Positions 16,257 to 25,846 of a DNA stretch of 42,971 nt are shown in pieces. This DNA is from a virus. A program made the position numbers and the translations under genes. Every line of letters starts with the position of its first letter. Position 1 is the stretch's first letter. The stretch spans positions 1-42,971 of IMG/VR virus record IMGVR_UViG_3300030397_000229. The stretch is one strand, 5' to 3'. The notes beneath the pieces are model-generated. The model was not told the DNA's origin. It saw only the letters and a list, made by a program, of their open reading frames with translations, and did not search any database.

Positions 16257-18481
16257 TGGGTTTATTTAACTTCCTCGGCCCTAGCGCTAGCCAAAAGCGT
16301 ATCGATGAGCTAGAGAAGCAGCTCTCTGATATTAGGCTACAGGTAACTAGGAGGAACGAGGAGAACCAGTCCATCCAGCAGGCTATTAAGATCCGCAGGC
16401 GCACCCTGTCTAAGCCTCTGGCCTACAGCAACCCCACGTCCAGTGGGATAGATCGTACCCGTAGAGAGAACAACGTCTATCACGGCCCATTCTATGACCT
16501 CTCAGAGGTCGCTAGAGCCATGGACGTAGAGCCCTATGTCAACCAGTCAGTACGTAAGCATAGGGAACAGATACTCAAGGAGGGGTATATATTTAAAGGC
16601 GAAGACGAGGAGATGGTTGATTACATCCATCGACGGATCTTTGAGATGGAGTTAGTCTCTGGAGTCACCTTTGAGGAGATAGTCAGGGACTTCACAACCA
16701 ATCTAGTAGCCTACGCTACAACCTTTTTGGTCACCAAGAGAGATCCTCAACGAAGTAGTGGCAAGTCTATCAAAGTACATGGTAAGACTCTCAAGCCTAT
16801 AGCCGCTATCTTCCCCATGGACCCCACTTCCGTAGAGGTGAGGGTCAATAAGCATGGACATCCTACCCGGTGGAAGCAGAGGATCCCCAATAGTATCTCA
16901 GGAAAGGACGAAATCACCTTCCCTAACTCAGACGTCATATATGCCACTATAGACAGAAAGCCTGGTTTTATATTTGGCACACCATATATCCTCCCAACAC
17001 TGGATGACGTTAGAGCCCTGAGACGCCTAGAGGAGCTAGCAGAGGTTGCCGTCAATAAATTCGCCTTCCCCTCCTTGCATTTTCAAGTCGGAGAGAAAGA
17101 TGACCCGCCCGAGGTCTTCGACGATGGTAGTTCTGAGATCGACATGGTACGAGTCGAGGTCGAAAACATGAACGCTGAGGGTGGCATTGTCACCTCTCAT
17201 AGGGTCAAGCATGAAGTAATGGGCAGTGGTACTGATGTTATAGACATCAACCCTTATCTTCAGTATTTTGAGGGTAGAGTCCTAGGTGGACTGAGGCTTA
17301 GTGAAATTGATTTAGGTAGAGGAGACGTTTCTAAAGCATCTGCTCAGACGGTCTCAGCCTCTCTGCAAGACTCAGCTAAGGACTTTCAGGCCATCATATC
17401 CAATTGTTTGACGTACAAGCTGGTACTACCTCTGCTCTTTGAAGGCGGGTTTGATGTCAACGAAGAAAACATAGTCCGGTTCCAGTTCCCACTCATCGAC
17501 AGAGAGGAAGAGAGAGCCAACCAGGCTCATGGTGGGGATATGTTTAACAACGGCACTATCACCTGCACTGAGTTCCGTAAAGAATTCCTCGGCAAGAGAG
17601 AGATCTCCGAAGAGCAGAAGAAGGACCTGAAGCCTGAGCTTGACTTCGAGAAGGAAAAGGAGCTTGCTAAGATGCAGGCACAGGCCAGGGCTCAGCAACA
17701 GAGCCAGGCAGCCAAGAATACAACGGCGAATAAATCCAGACCCTCGAACCAGAGCGGCAGAAAGAGCACCAAAACAAGAGTAACAGCCAATAGCAACTAC
17801 CAGCCAGCCAAGGAGATATATTTAGAGTCTATTAAGGAAGAGCTCACACGTCTTAAGTCTAACATGCTTGACTTCGTCAAGAAGCACGGCGTAGGCGTAG
17901 CCAGCTCAGATGACCCTCACGACTGTACTACCAAAGCCCAGGAGATGGATACCATCTTCGAGTCCTTTGTCACCTTCCTGCTCACTGAGAACAGGTCCTC
18001 TATGGAGGCTATAATCAAGGATGGACAAGAAGACTGTATGGACTCCCTGGAGCTAGAAGGCCCAGCTAATAAAATACCTAAGCGCGCCATGGATAGGTTC
18101 TTTAAGAACTATATCATCAAGAGCCTGAATATGGCCTGTGGCACAGCCAAGGGTCTTATCAATGCTGATAATATATTGGCAGGTATGGATGATAGCATTC
18201 ATCCAGCAGTAGCTATGTCTAACATCATACATGCTATGCTAGACGACCTTACTCTACTGGCCAGTCAACATATTGATATAGCCTATAGATTTGGCTATGC
18301 ACGTACAGCTCGTATACACGACCAAGACTCTATTATATTGTCACCTACAGAGGGGGCCTGCCCCGTCTGTATAGAGAATGGCGACCAATCAGTTACTCTA
18401 TCAAAGAAAGACATACCATACTCAGTACTGCTCAAAACCCACTCTGACTGCGCATTTGACACCCGCGTAGCCACTGTGTAG
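16256..18481 (+). CDS. Portal protein with a C-terminal MuF-like (head morphogenesis) domain
   Basis: Lies between TerL and the protease; portal-type segments (IFPMDPTSVEV, FIFGTPYILPTLDD, FQFPLID); C-terminal AYRFGY...ACPVC...THSDC resembles the MuF Cys/His motif. Confidence 0.85.
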   Translation: MGLFNFLGPSASQKRIDELEKQLSDIRLQVTRRNEENQSIQQAIKIRRRTLSKPLAYSNPTSSGIDRTRRENNVYHGPFYDLSEVARAMDVEPYVNQSVRKHREQILKEGYIFKGEDEEMVDYIHRRIFEMELVSGVTFEEIVRDFTTNLVAYATTFLVTKRDPQRSSGKSIKVHGKTLKPIAAIFPMDPTSVEVRVNKHGHPTRWKQRIPNSISGKDEITFPNSDVIYATIDRKPGFIFGTPYILPTLDDVRALRRLEELAEVAVNKFAFPSLHFQVGEKDDPPEVFDDGSSEIDMVRVEVENMNAEGGIVTSHRVKHEVMGSGTDVIDINPYLQYFEGRVLGGLRLSEIDLGRGDVSKASAQTVSASLQDSAKDFQAIISNCLTYKLVLPLLFEGGFDVNEENIVRFQFPLIDREEERANQAHGGDMFNNGTITCTEFRKEFLGKREISEEQKKDLKPELDFEKEKELAKMQAQARAQQQSQAAKNTTANKSRPSNQSGRKSTKTRVTANSNYQPAKEIYLESIKEELTRLKSNMLDFVKKHGVGVASSDDPHDCTTKAQEMDTIFESFVTFLLTENRSSMEAIIKDGQEDCMDSLELEGPANKIPKRAMDRFFKNYIIKSLNMACGTAKGLINADNILAGMDDSIHPAVAMSNIIHAMLDDLTLLASQHIDIAYRFGYARTARIHDQDSIILSPTEGACPVCIENGDQSVTLSKKDIPYSVLLKTHSDCAFDTRVATV

Positions 18482-18514
18482 TAAACTGTAGTCGGTAAAT
18501 ATAAGGGAACCCGC

Positions 18515-18709
18515 ATGAAAAAGTTCGACGATTTTGAGGACTTTGAAGATTATCCTGAGGCAGAAGACCTAGAAGAAGAAGCATCACAGAGACGGCGATA
18601 CTTGAGATCAGCTAGGCGAAAAGCTAAGAATTCTAAAAGGGACCGTGACCTGGAAAAACCAGACCAAGGCAGGGATAAAGGATGGCAAAACCGAAATTCG
18701 AGATTGTAG
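18515..18709 (+). CDS. Small highly charged protein (64 aa)
   Basis: Acidic N-half and basic C-half; fills the portal-protease gap. Confidence 0.55.
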   Translation: MKKFDDFEDFEDYPEAEDLEEEASQRRRYLRSARRKAKNSKRDRDLEKPDQGRDKGWQNRNSRL

Positions 18710-20286
18710 ATAGCTTTCAAGTTCAAAGCAAGGCAATCCCCGATGATGCCCTTGAACTCTTTGACGACTTAGCTAGTCTAGGCAAGAAGAGGGCTCTGAA
18801 GGCCACCATAGATGCCACCCACTCGGGTAGGCTGACAAATATGCGTGTCTACCCAGGCCCAAAAATGAAGAGGTCTCTCAAGAGTTTCTTAGAGCCTTAT
18901 AGAAAGCCAGTGCTCAAGCACCATGACGATGAACAGGATCCGATTGGCAGAGTTACTGGCGCTTCTTTTGTGCAGCTCAGCAAGGGCGATGACTTTAAGT
19001 TTGATTACAAGAACCCATCCAAAGGTATGGGTTCTGGTTTTATTAAGCTAGATGTAGTCATCAATGATCAAAACTCTATTGAGAAGTTCTTAGACAAGCG
19101 GTTCTCTAGCTTCTCTACCAGACAGACATCCGCTGAAGCCTTCTGTAGTATATGTGGTTCAGACATGCTACAGGATGGCGGCCTCTTTAGTCATGAGCAT
19201 CAGGTAGGTGAGATATACCAGATAGAGAGCGACTCGCTTAAAGACGGCAAGAGACGAAGAGCTGACTATCTATGCTATGTCATCACAGGTCTCTTAGATT
19301 ATAGAGAGGTCTCTACCGTTAATATACCTGGCGATGCATATTCTGCAGCCGGTGGGTTTGAATTAGTACAGGCTGACTCCGAAGAGTCAGTTATAATGAA
19401 ATGTGCTGGCGATAGTCTGTTGGCGACAATGGACTCTCTCCAGATAACCAATGGTCAAAACTCCGTCGATCTCATGGAACCAATCACTGCGAGGGATAGA
19501 CGGATGCTAACTGGCAAAACTATAGTTGCCATAAGTCCCTCATTTGACTCCAGTTCAATGGGAGAAGGTGATACCATGACAGAAAAAGACGAAGTAGTCG
19601 ACGAAACAGTCGACAAAACAGAAGACAACGGTGACACCGTGGCCAGCGATGCCACCGCTGATGGAAAGTCTGATCAGTCAAAGACTGACTCTGAAGGCAA
19701 GGAAGACGTCGTAGTCCCGCAGTCTGAAGACAAAGCTGACGCTGATACGGGCGATAGTAATGTTTCTACTCTCAGTCCCGGCGTGCTACAGACCTCACTA
19801 GAGGCTGTCACTAAGGAACTAGAGGGTGCAAAGAATGAGAAGAACGAACTGACCTCTGAAATTGAGAGACTCAAGGCTTCTCTAAAGGAAAAGGATGATG
19901 AGATAACTAGAGTACGTGAAGGTGCACAAGATAGCCTCAATGAGGTTAAGCTAGCATATGCACGTCAATTGTTAACTGACAGACTTGTACTAGGCAAGAG
20001 CGATGTGAAGGGCATAGATGACGGCGATGGGTTTAAGACCCAGGTTGACAAGTATGCTGAGCGCACGCTTGAATCTCTTAAGGACTCCTTGGAGGATCTT
20101 AAGCAGGAGCTTATTGACCACTGTAAAGGCCGTGGCATCTTTAATAGCGTAGAAGCTATTGGTGGCAAGCCCGTGGACAATCCCTCTGCTAATGTTCCTG
20201 TTAAGGACAAAGAAGAGGAGAAGAAGCCTATTCGCAAGATGAGAACTCAAAAAGAGCAGTTAGAAGACTTCTTCGAAACTGAATAA
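18682..20286 (+). CDS. Prohead maturation protease fused to an acidic linker and coiled-coil scaffold
   Basis: HK97/U35-like motifs PVLKHHD..PIGRV, FSSFS, REVSTVNIPGD; CSIC..H zinc site; C-terminal heptad repeats. Confidence 0.85.
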   Translation: MAKPKFEIVDSFQVQSKAIPDDALELFDDLASLGKKRALKATIDATHSGRLTNMRVYPGPKMKRSLKSFLEPYRKPVLKHHDDEQDPIGRVTGASFVQLSKGDDFKFDYKNPSKGMGSGFIKLDVVINDQNSIEKFLDKRFSSFSTRQTSAEAFCSICGSDMLQDGGLFSHEHQVGEIYQIESDSLKDGKRRRADYLCYVITGLLDYREVSTVNIPGDAYSAAGGFELVQADSEESVIMKCAGDSLLATMDSLQITNGQNSVDLMEPITARDRRMLTGKTIVAISPSFDSSSMGEGDTMTEKDEVVDETVDKTEDNGDTVASDATADGKSDQSKTDSEGKEDVVVPQSEDKADADTGDSNVSTLSPGVLQTSLEAVTKELEGAKNEKNELTSEIERLKASLKEKDDEITRVREGAQDSLNEVKLAYARQLLTDRLVLGKSDVKGIDDGDGFKTQVDKYAERTLESLKDSLEDLKQELIDHCKGRGIFNSVEAIGGKPVDNPSANVPVKDKEEEKKPIRKMRTQKEQLEDFFETE

Positions 20287-20320
20287 TCACGGACGTATTT
20301 TACTTAAGGAGTAATATACA

Positions 20321-21196
20321 ATGGCTTTTAGAATCCCGAGAGGGTATGAAAGAAACCGCCCGGATTATCAGGAGCTAAGTGAAGGTGTAAGACCTGAAGC
20401 ATCTGCCGTCCCCATGGAAGCGTGGACTGGCCTTCCGCCAGTGCGCATTGATGACCTACATCACGATCCTATCGTTCTTGATGCAGGTACATGTGTCGGC
20501 TTAGCTACTGGTGGATCAGCCAATGGGAAACTTTTCCCAGCACACGGCATCCACGGTACCGGTCAAATCACCTGGCAATACACTTCTGATGACAGCACTT
20601 GGGGCTTCCCAACTGCTGACCAGACCTCAACCGCAGCCACTGAGTCTGATGGTCGAGTTCTGCCACTGGGTGTGGTCTTCCAACCCATCTATTCGTTCCG
20701 ACTCCAAAGCGAGTGGACGAACTATAAGAGAAATGAAAACGTCGGCGTAGTCACTGACTACCTGATCCAGATCCCAGCTATTAACGATTATGAAAGATCG
20801 ATTAAGGCTGGCGATGTTGTCATGGTTAACCCAATTGGCAACGTTGGCTCAGTTGGTGAGTATGGTCGACTGGGCGAGATAGGTGACCTCAATCACACTC
20901 TCGGCCGTTATCGTAAGTGGGATGGCACTGCAGATAGCCTCCACTTCGTCGTTGGGCGCTGCTTTAGAAACCTGACCTTCGCTACTGGTACTGCCAGTAC
21001 TCTACTGTCTGCTGAGTCTTCAGTGACTCTGACCACAGACGGTTCTGCGGAGTTCAAGGATCTTGATAAAGTGCAAACCGTTCCTGGATTAGGGCTTGCT
21101 GGCTCTGGTACCTCTGGCGTTCCTGCCTGGTTAACAGGCGCACGCTCAGACGGTTCCGGTAACTACCACGCTCTTACTATCCTTGTCCGCCTGTAA
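20321..21196 (+). CDS. Probable head decoration/cement protein
   Basis: Between protease and MCP; strong AAGGAG SD; high-expression codon use; beta-rich with PLGVV and IKAGDVV motifs. Confidence 0.7.
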   Translation: MAFRIPRGYERNRPDYQELSEGVRPEASAVPMEAWTGLPPVRIDDLHHDPIVLDAGTCVGLATGGSANGKLFPAHGIHGTGQITWQYTSDDSTWGFPTADQTSTAATESDGRVLPLGVVFQPIYSFRLQSEWTNYKRNENVGVVTDYLIQIPAINDYERSIKAGDVVMVNPIGNVGSVGEYGRLGEIGDLNHTLGRYRKWDGTADSLHFVVGRCFRNLTFATGTASTLLSAESSVTLTTDGSAEFKDLDKVQTVPGLGLAGSGTSGVPAWLTGARSDGSGNYHALTILVRL

Positions 21197-21215
21197 TTCT
21201 AAAGGAGACTAAACT

Positions 21216-22634
21216 ATGGAACCTTTCGAATTTGATCAAGAGGATCTGCAGGTCTTTGATGAGGGGCAGAGAGAAGTCCTTCTCAAGATCCAGAACCAAA
21301 TTGGCGATCACATTGAGGACAGGGTAGCAGACGCCACTAAGGACGAGTCCGAAGATAGCTTGGTTGACGATCTAGATCCGAACGCCAAGGCCTTCGCTAC
21401 GGATAAGTCTAAGCTTGACAAGGCTACTAAGCTTTGGAAAGATAATGGCGCAATCCCTGGTCGTAAGGATCGTGTAACTTACGAAGAACTTTGTGCGATC
21501 GATCGCAAGCATACGGCTGAGATGAAGGACTTTACGTCCACTGATCACCCGCTGCTTATTCCTCGCGTTGTTGGTGAGATTGTTAAGGAAGCTATTGAGC
21601 CCAATATCGTCCTTACGCCTCTACTTCAGCGTATTAACTACTCACATGGTACTCAGCTGACCTTCCCGGCTGTTGGTGCGCTAACTGCTGCCGACATCCC
21701 AGAGGGTGGTGAATACCCAGAGCGGTCCCTGGACCTCGCTGGGCAGGTCGTGGCAATCATCGGTAAGTCCGGTGTCGCGGTCAAGTTTACTGAAGAAACT
21801 ATTCGCTACTCACTGTTCGATGTCATGAGCATGCACCTTCGCGCCGCAGGTAGAGCGCTGGTACGGTGGAAAGAGAGAAAGGTTGCCGACCTCATTGTTG
21901 ACAATGCAGGTGGGTCTAACACTCTCTTCGATAACACTGTTACTGCGCATCCATCTACCACAGGTAGAGATGCTGGTGGTACCTATAACGGGACCCTGAC
22001 TTTGGACGACCTCTTTAGCGCTTACGCTACAATGGTCAACCGGGGCTTCACACCCAACACCCTTATCATGAACCCATTCGCATGGCAGATCTTCGCTGAT
22101 GAAGCCATGCAGAGAGCATTCGGTTTCCAGAATGCATCTCAGATGTGGCAAGTGCTTCAGGGCGGTCTGGGTAATGCTCCGCAGTGGAGTAATGGTAACT
22201 TTGGCAATGGTCTGCTTCAGAACACTACTGTAAGCTCACCACAGCAGCTTGCCACTACGTTCACTACAGTCCCAGGTATATTCCCATATCCGTTCCGGAT
22301 AATTGTCAGCCCGTACATGCCGTACGACGCCAGTATCAACACAACTGATATGGTAATGTGCGACGTGGCCGAGCTTGGCGTCCTTGTTGTAGACGAGGAA
22401 GTCATGACGGAGTCCTGGGATGATCCCGCACGGGATATCATGAAGGTGAAACTTCGTGAGCGCTACGGTCTTGGATCCATGAACAGTGGTGAAGGAACCG
22501 GCCTGTTAAAGGGCATTAGCATCAACCGTGGCTTCGACTTCAGCAATAGAATGAGAACTAACGTTGATCTCACTGGCCTTGGTGACCACCTGAGTGGTGA
22601 CGAAGATCACAGTGGTGTAGTTGGTCAATCATAA
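21216..22634 (+). CDS. Major capsid protein (HK97 fold) with an acidic N-terminal propeptide
   Basis: LLIPRVV, IPEGGEYPE (E-loop), KSGVAVKFTEE, PNTLIMNP, KLRERYG; strong SD; followed by a GC hairpin. Confidence 0.92.
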   Translation: MEPFEFDQEDLQVFDEGQREVLLKIQNQIGDHIEDRVADATKDESEDSLVDDLDPNAKAFATDKSKLDKATKLWKDNGAIPGRKDRVTYEELCAIDRKHTAEMKDFTSTDHPLLIPRVVGEIVKEAIEPNIVLTPLLQRINYSHGTQLTFPAVGALTAADIPEGGEYPERSLDLAGQVVAIIGKSGVAVKFTEETIRYSLFDVMSMHLRAAGRALVRWKERKVADLIVDNAGGSNTLFDNTVTAHPSTTGRDAGGTYNGTLTLDDLFSAYATMVNRGFTPNTLIMNPFAWQIFADEAMQRAFGFQNASQMWQVLQGGLGNAPQWSNGNFGNGLLQNTTVSSPQQLATTFTTVPGIFPYPFRIIVSPYMPYDASINTTDMVMCDVAELGVLVVDEEVMTESWDDPARDIMKVKLRERYGLGSMNSGEGTGLLKGISINRGFDFSNRMRTNVDLTGLGDHLSGDEDHSGVVGQS

Positions 22635-22657
22635 TTGACTGAATAACTGAGTGAATC

Positions 22658-22680
22658 GGCCCCGGGCTAGTCCCGGGGCC
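22658..22680 (+). terminator. GC-rich hairpin after the major capsid gene
   Basis: GGCCCCGGG-CTAGT-CCCGGGGCC, perfect 9-bp stem; followed by AACTTT rather than a U-tract. Confidence 0.65.
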
Positions 22681-22698
22681 AACTTTACCCCTAGGAAA

Positions 22699-23394
22699 AT
22701 GGCTAAGAATAAAGAAGATATGGACGTTGAGATCCCGGCACAGAGCCTGGGACTATTGAACAACTATGCTGGGGCAGAGATATCCCTCAATCAGAAGAGA
22801 GGGAATTACTTTGGCATAGGCGATGATGGCGAGAGACCAAAGATATGGCTCTCAGCAAGTTCGTGGACCTGTATCGTCCCTGATAACTTGTCACCTACGG
22901 AAGTGGATCAGCTTGGTGACGCTATTCAAGAAGGACGTATCGTAGTAGGCAAGCAATGGATACCTGCTATTGAGAAGGTTCGAGGAACAAAAGAAAGATA
23001 TGCGGATATAGTGCTCAAGTCTCGTGCATTGAACGCCGAGGCCAAAGAGCCATTCCTCAAACTGCACCGTTATAAGAAAGATGGGAACTATACAGCTCTT
23101 GAGATTCTTACATACTGTAAGACTGAAGAGGACAAGCATCGCTCTAGACCAGAGTGGATGACATTCTTGCAGGAGTGTATAGATGCTTATGATGGTCCTG
23201 TACAGCTAGTAGAGGATTTTCCTGAGGATCCGGAGAACTACGAGGTTACCATTGACCCCGTTAGTATGACGGTTACCAATGACTCTAGAGGCAAGGATGC
23301 ACTCAACATTCCCTCTGCTCCACAACAGCAGTATGAGGATCCAGCCAAGAGAGAAGAGGCACTTAATAACTTCTTTGAAGGAGACTCAGTATAA
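22699..23394 (+). CDS. Hypothetical head-module protein (start revised to ATG 22699)
   Basis: The track's GTG start lies before the hairpin; ATG 22699 follows it. Confidence 0.75.
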   Translation: MAKNKEDMDVEIPAQSLGLLNNYAGAEISLNQKRGNYFGIGDDGERPKIWLSASSWTCIVPDNLSPTEVDQLGDAIQEGRIVVGKQWIPAIEKVRGTKERYADIVLKSRALNAEAKEPFLKLHRYKKDGNYTALEILTYCKTEEDKHRSRPEWMTFLQECIDAYDGPVQLVEDFPEDPENYEVTIDPVSMTVTNDSRGKDALNIPSAPQQQYEDPAKREEALNNFFEGDSV

Positions 23395-23414
23395 TTAAAA
23401 CGTAAGGAGATAAG

Positions 23415-24791
23415 ATGGCCGAGCCCTCGTTATCAAGTTCTGATCCCGCTGGCGGGGACTCGGATGTCTTTGTAAACGTCTCGCTAAAGGCAACGTTTGC
23501 AGCAACCCTGACCGTCTCCTCAGTCAAGGACACCACTGTCCTGCTTGTAGATGAAGCTACAAGCACTATTGTCGACGTAGTTGTAGACTACGACGAGCAA
23601 GATGGTAGTGTAGTCACCGTCACCCCACAGACTGCACTAGCCAATAATAACGTCTATACCCTTAAGTTCCCAGGTACAGACACAGCGGTAAGCTCAGCCT
23701 TTGTCATATCAGACAGGGCGTCAGGCGATGTGCTTACCACTACAATTACTATTACCTTCACGACAGGTTCGAGGGTATACGTCGATGACACCTCCATTGA
23801 CAAAGATGCCACCGACCTGTCGTTAGAAGGGGATCTAGTACTCCCCGTGCACGTCAAGGCGCTTGGGGAGTTTGCTATTTCAGGGATGAATCCTAAGAAC
23901 CACGAGGCTGACGTGGCTATCTCCCTGAATGGTGTCAATCAGGTGCAGTTTGACTTCACCAAGGCTCTAAGTGGAGACCTGTGTGATAGCACCTGGGTCA
24001 CTGTAGACACCTTTGGTATCTTGGATAGCAATCAATTCCTTTCAGTAGGGGATGATCTACAGGGTACATCAGGCACCCTGCCCACAGTTAGCTCTGTAAG
24101 CTGCACAGGAAACTCTCTATTCGTAGAATTCTCAGAAGAGGTACCCCAGAACCTTGGAATTCAGATAGGCATAGAGAGCAAGGTGACGGCTGCTGACGGC
24201 AGTGAGTTCGGTCCCAATGACTTTGAGTACTCAATCACGACCGATAGATATCCTTCTATCGGCGGCGTACACATAGTTAAGAGGGAATTGTATAGTATAG
24301 ACCAGGGTGAGGTCATACCTAAGGACTATATTGCTGCCCTACTCTTCCAGCATACTATAGAGCTCAATGAAATGGTGACTAACCTCAATGCCACCAACCC
24401 ATCCTACCTCCACCAGAAGTGGGTACTTATGCAGACTCTACTGGATATACTGGAGGATAAGGAGCTAGAGAAGGCTGTGGTTGCTGGTACTCGTAGACAG
24501 CTAGGTGACCTCAATGTCTCAGTAGACTCCTTGATAGGTAAGATGTCTCTGAAGCATGCCAGGGTCATGAAAGAGCTTGATAGAGTCACAAAAGGCATAC
24601 ATGGCCCCGCTATACTTGCAATGAGATATGCGGAAACTATGTTGACGCCTCGTAAAGGAACACGTCTGTGGTTTGGGGTTGCTGGACAGCTACGCAACTT
24701 CCTGGATCAGACGTATCAAGGCAACTACCCAGCTGCCAATATATACATAAACCGTCAGGCTAAGGTACCACCTGACTCAATTTGGATTTAA
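23415..24791 (+). CDS. Ig-like (Big_5-type) domains fused to a probable head-tail adaptor
   Basis: N-terminal DPAGGDSDV...ATF...VTVTPQTALANNNVYTL...ITFTTG is Big_5-like, with a second repeat after it; helical C-terminus with RRQLGDLNVS resembles adaptor beta-hairpins. Confidence 0.7.
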   Translation: MAEPSLSSSDPAGGDSDVFVNVSLKATFAATLTVSSVKDTTVLLVDEATSTIVDVVVDYDEQDGSVVTVTPQTALANNNVYTLKFPGTDTAVSSAFVISDRASGDVLTTTITITFTTGSRVYVDDTSIDKDATDLSLEGDLVLPVHVKALGEFAISGMNPKNHEADVAISLNGVNQVQFDFTKALSGDLCDSTWVTVDTFGILDSNQFLSVGDDLQGTSGTLPTVSSVSCTGNSLFVEFSEEVPQNLGIQIGIESKVTAADGSEFGPNDFEYSITTDRYPSIGGVHIVKRELYSIDQGEVIPKDYIAALLFQHTIELNEMVTNLNATNPSYLHQKWVLMQTLLDILEDKELEKAVVAGTRRQLGDLNVSVDSLIGKMSLKHARVMKELDRVTKGIHGPAILAMRYAETMLTPRKGTRLWFGVAGQLRNFLDQTYQGNYPAANIYINRQAKVPPDSIWI

Positions 24792-24794
24792 GTC

Positions 24795-24914
24795 ATGACA
24801 TCAACAAGAGCGTCCTCTGGAAGAAGCGGCAAGAGCCCTAAGAAGCGAAAGCCCTCCAAAGGCAAAACAAAGAAATCATCGGCAAGTGCCAAAGCAAAAG
24901 GTAGAGGATACTAA
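24795..24914 (+). CDS. Very basic 39-aa peptide (protamine or histone-tail-like)
   Basis: Read by hand: MTSTRASSGRSGKSPKKRKPSKGKTKKSSASAKAKGRGY; fills the gap exactly and is TAATG-coupled to the next gene. Confidence 0.7.
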   Translation: MTSTRASSGRSGKSPKKRKPSKGKTKKSSASAKAKGRGY

Positions 24915-25096
24915 TGGCAGAGAACAGAGAAGACCTTAACAGCATCGTAAGACAGGAGATGAGCAAGATGGAACAGAATCTTGCTGCTGGTCAGCCTGGT
25001 CAGCCTCGTGTAAGCGACAACCCTGATTTACGTAAGCGTCCCGATAACAAGCAGACTGAAATCGAGCTAATCAAGAAGCTCGGTGGAGGTAGATAA
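24914..25096 (+). CDS. Small hypothetical protein (60 aa)
   Basis: GAGGA SD; TAATG coupling on both sides. Confidence 0.7.
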   Translation: MAENREDLNSIVRQEMSKMEQNLAAGQPGQPRVSDNPDLRKRPDNKQTEIELIKKLGGGR

Positions 25097-25344
25097 TGGC
25101 AATGAAACCAAATGCCAATAGCGGCAAGCATCAGTCTGAGGTCAAGAAAGCCATTAGTGAGCATAAAGCAGGGACAGGTCCTGGTATGTTTCATGGGTCT
25201 AACCCATACACAGTAGAGGGCTTCAATCCTAACCTGCACGCTAATGTCCGCAAGGCACTCAATCACCCAACAATGAAACCAACGGAGTTTACGCTACCCA
25301 AACTGAACCTAGGTAACACCAAGGGTCAGCAGAACAATGGCTAA
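25096..25344 (+). CDS. Small hypothetical protein (82 aa)
   Basis: GGAGGT SD; TAATG coupling. Confidence 0.7.
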   Translation: MAMKPNANSGKHQSEVKKAISEHKAGTGPGMFHGSNPYTVEGFNPNLHANVRKALNHPTMKPTEFTLPKLNLGNTKGQQNNG

Positions 25345-25846
25345 ACGACTGGGTTTTATTAACCTAAGAAAGGAGATCAGAGCGCTACTCAGGGAAGTTG
25401 GCTTCTACTGGATGGCGCTCCGGTCTGCTGATCTAACCCAACGTTGTGTTGAGTGCAGTAAGAAGATACCTGCGAACTATGACCAGGCACCACGCTTCTG
25501 TCCTCAGTGCTTCAACACTGGCTATCTATTTAGGGATGAGCTAGTCAAGGGGTTTAGATATCTTTCACAGCCAGGTCTAGACTTCCTCTCTGAGGGTGGG
25601 CCACTCAATATAAAGACTCAGGTGTTTATACTAGAGCATGATGAGTTCCCTAAGAGTGTGGACTACCTATTAGAACTGGACCTACATGAGGAGACTGGCG
25701 TACCACGTCAACCATTCAAGATAACTAAGGCACACAAGATACAAGATGCGCAGCCCATGAGGGGTGATGACGGCAGGATAGAGTTCTGGCGTTGTTTCAC
25801 AGAGGAGCGCAGTCTTGGTCTAGGTAGAACTATAGCAGAACACTAA
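25337..25846 (+). CDS. Probable neck/head-closure protein with a zinc finger
   Basis: CVEC...CPQCFNTGY; C-terminal RGDDGRIEFW; lies between adaptor and sheath. Confidence 0.6.
   Translation: MAKRLGFINLRKEIRALLREVGFYWMALRSADLTQRCVECSKKIPANYDQAPRFCPQCFNTGYLFRDELVKGFRYLSQPGLDFLSEGGPLNIKTQVFILEHDEFPKSVDYLLELDLHEETGVPRQPFKITKAHKIQDAQPMRGDDGRIEFWRCFTEERSLGLGRTIAEH

Noticed and set aside
11727-22634. Intein or intron in terminase, portal or capsid genes
   Set aside because: No C-terminal HN-C/S/T splice motifs in a plausible context, no LAGLIDADG or HNH motifs, and core motif spacing looks normal.
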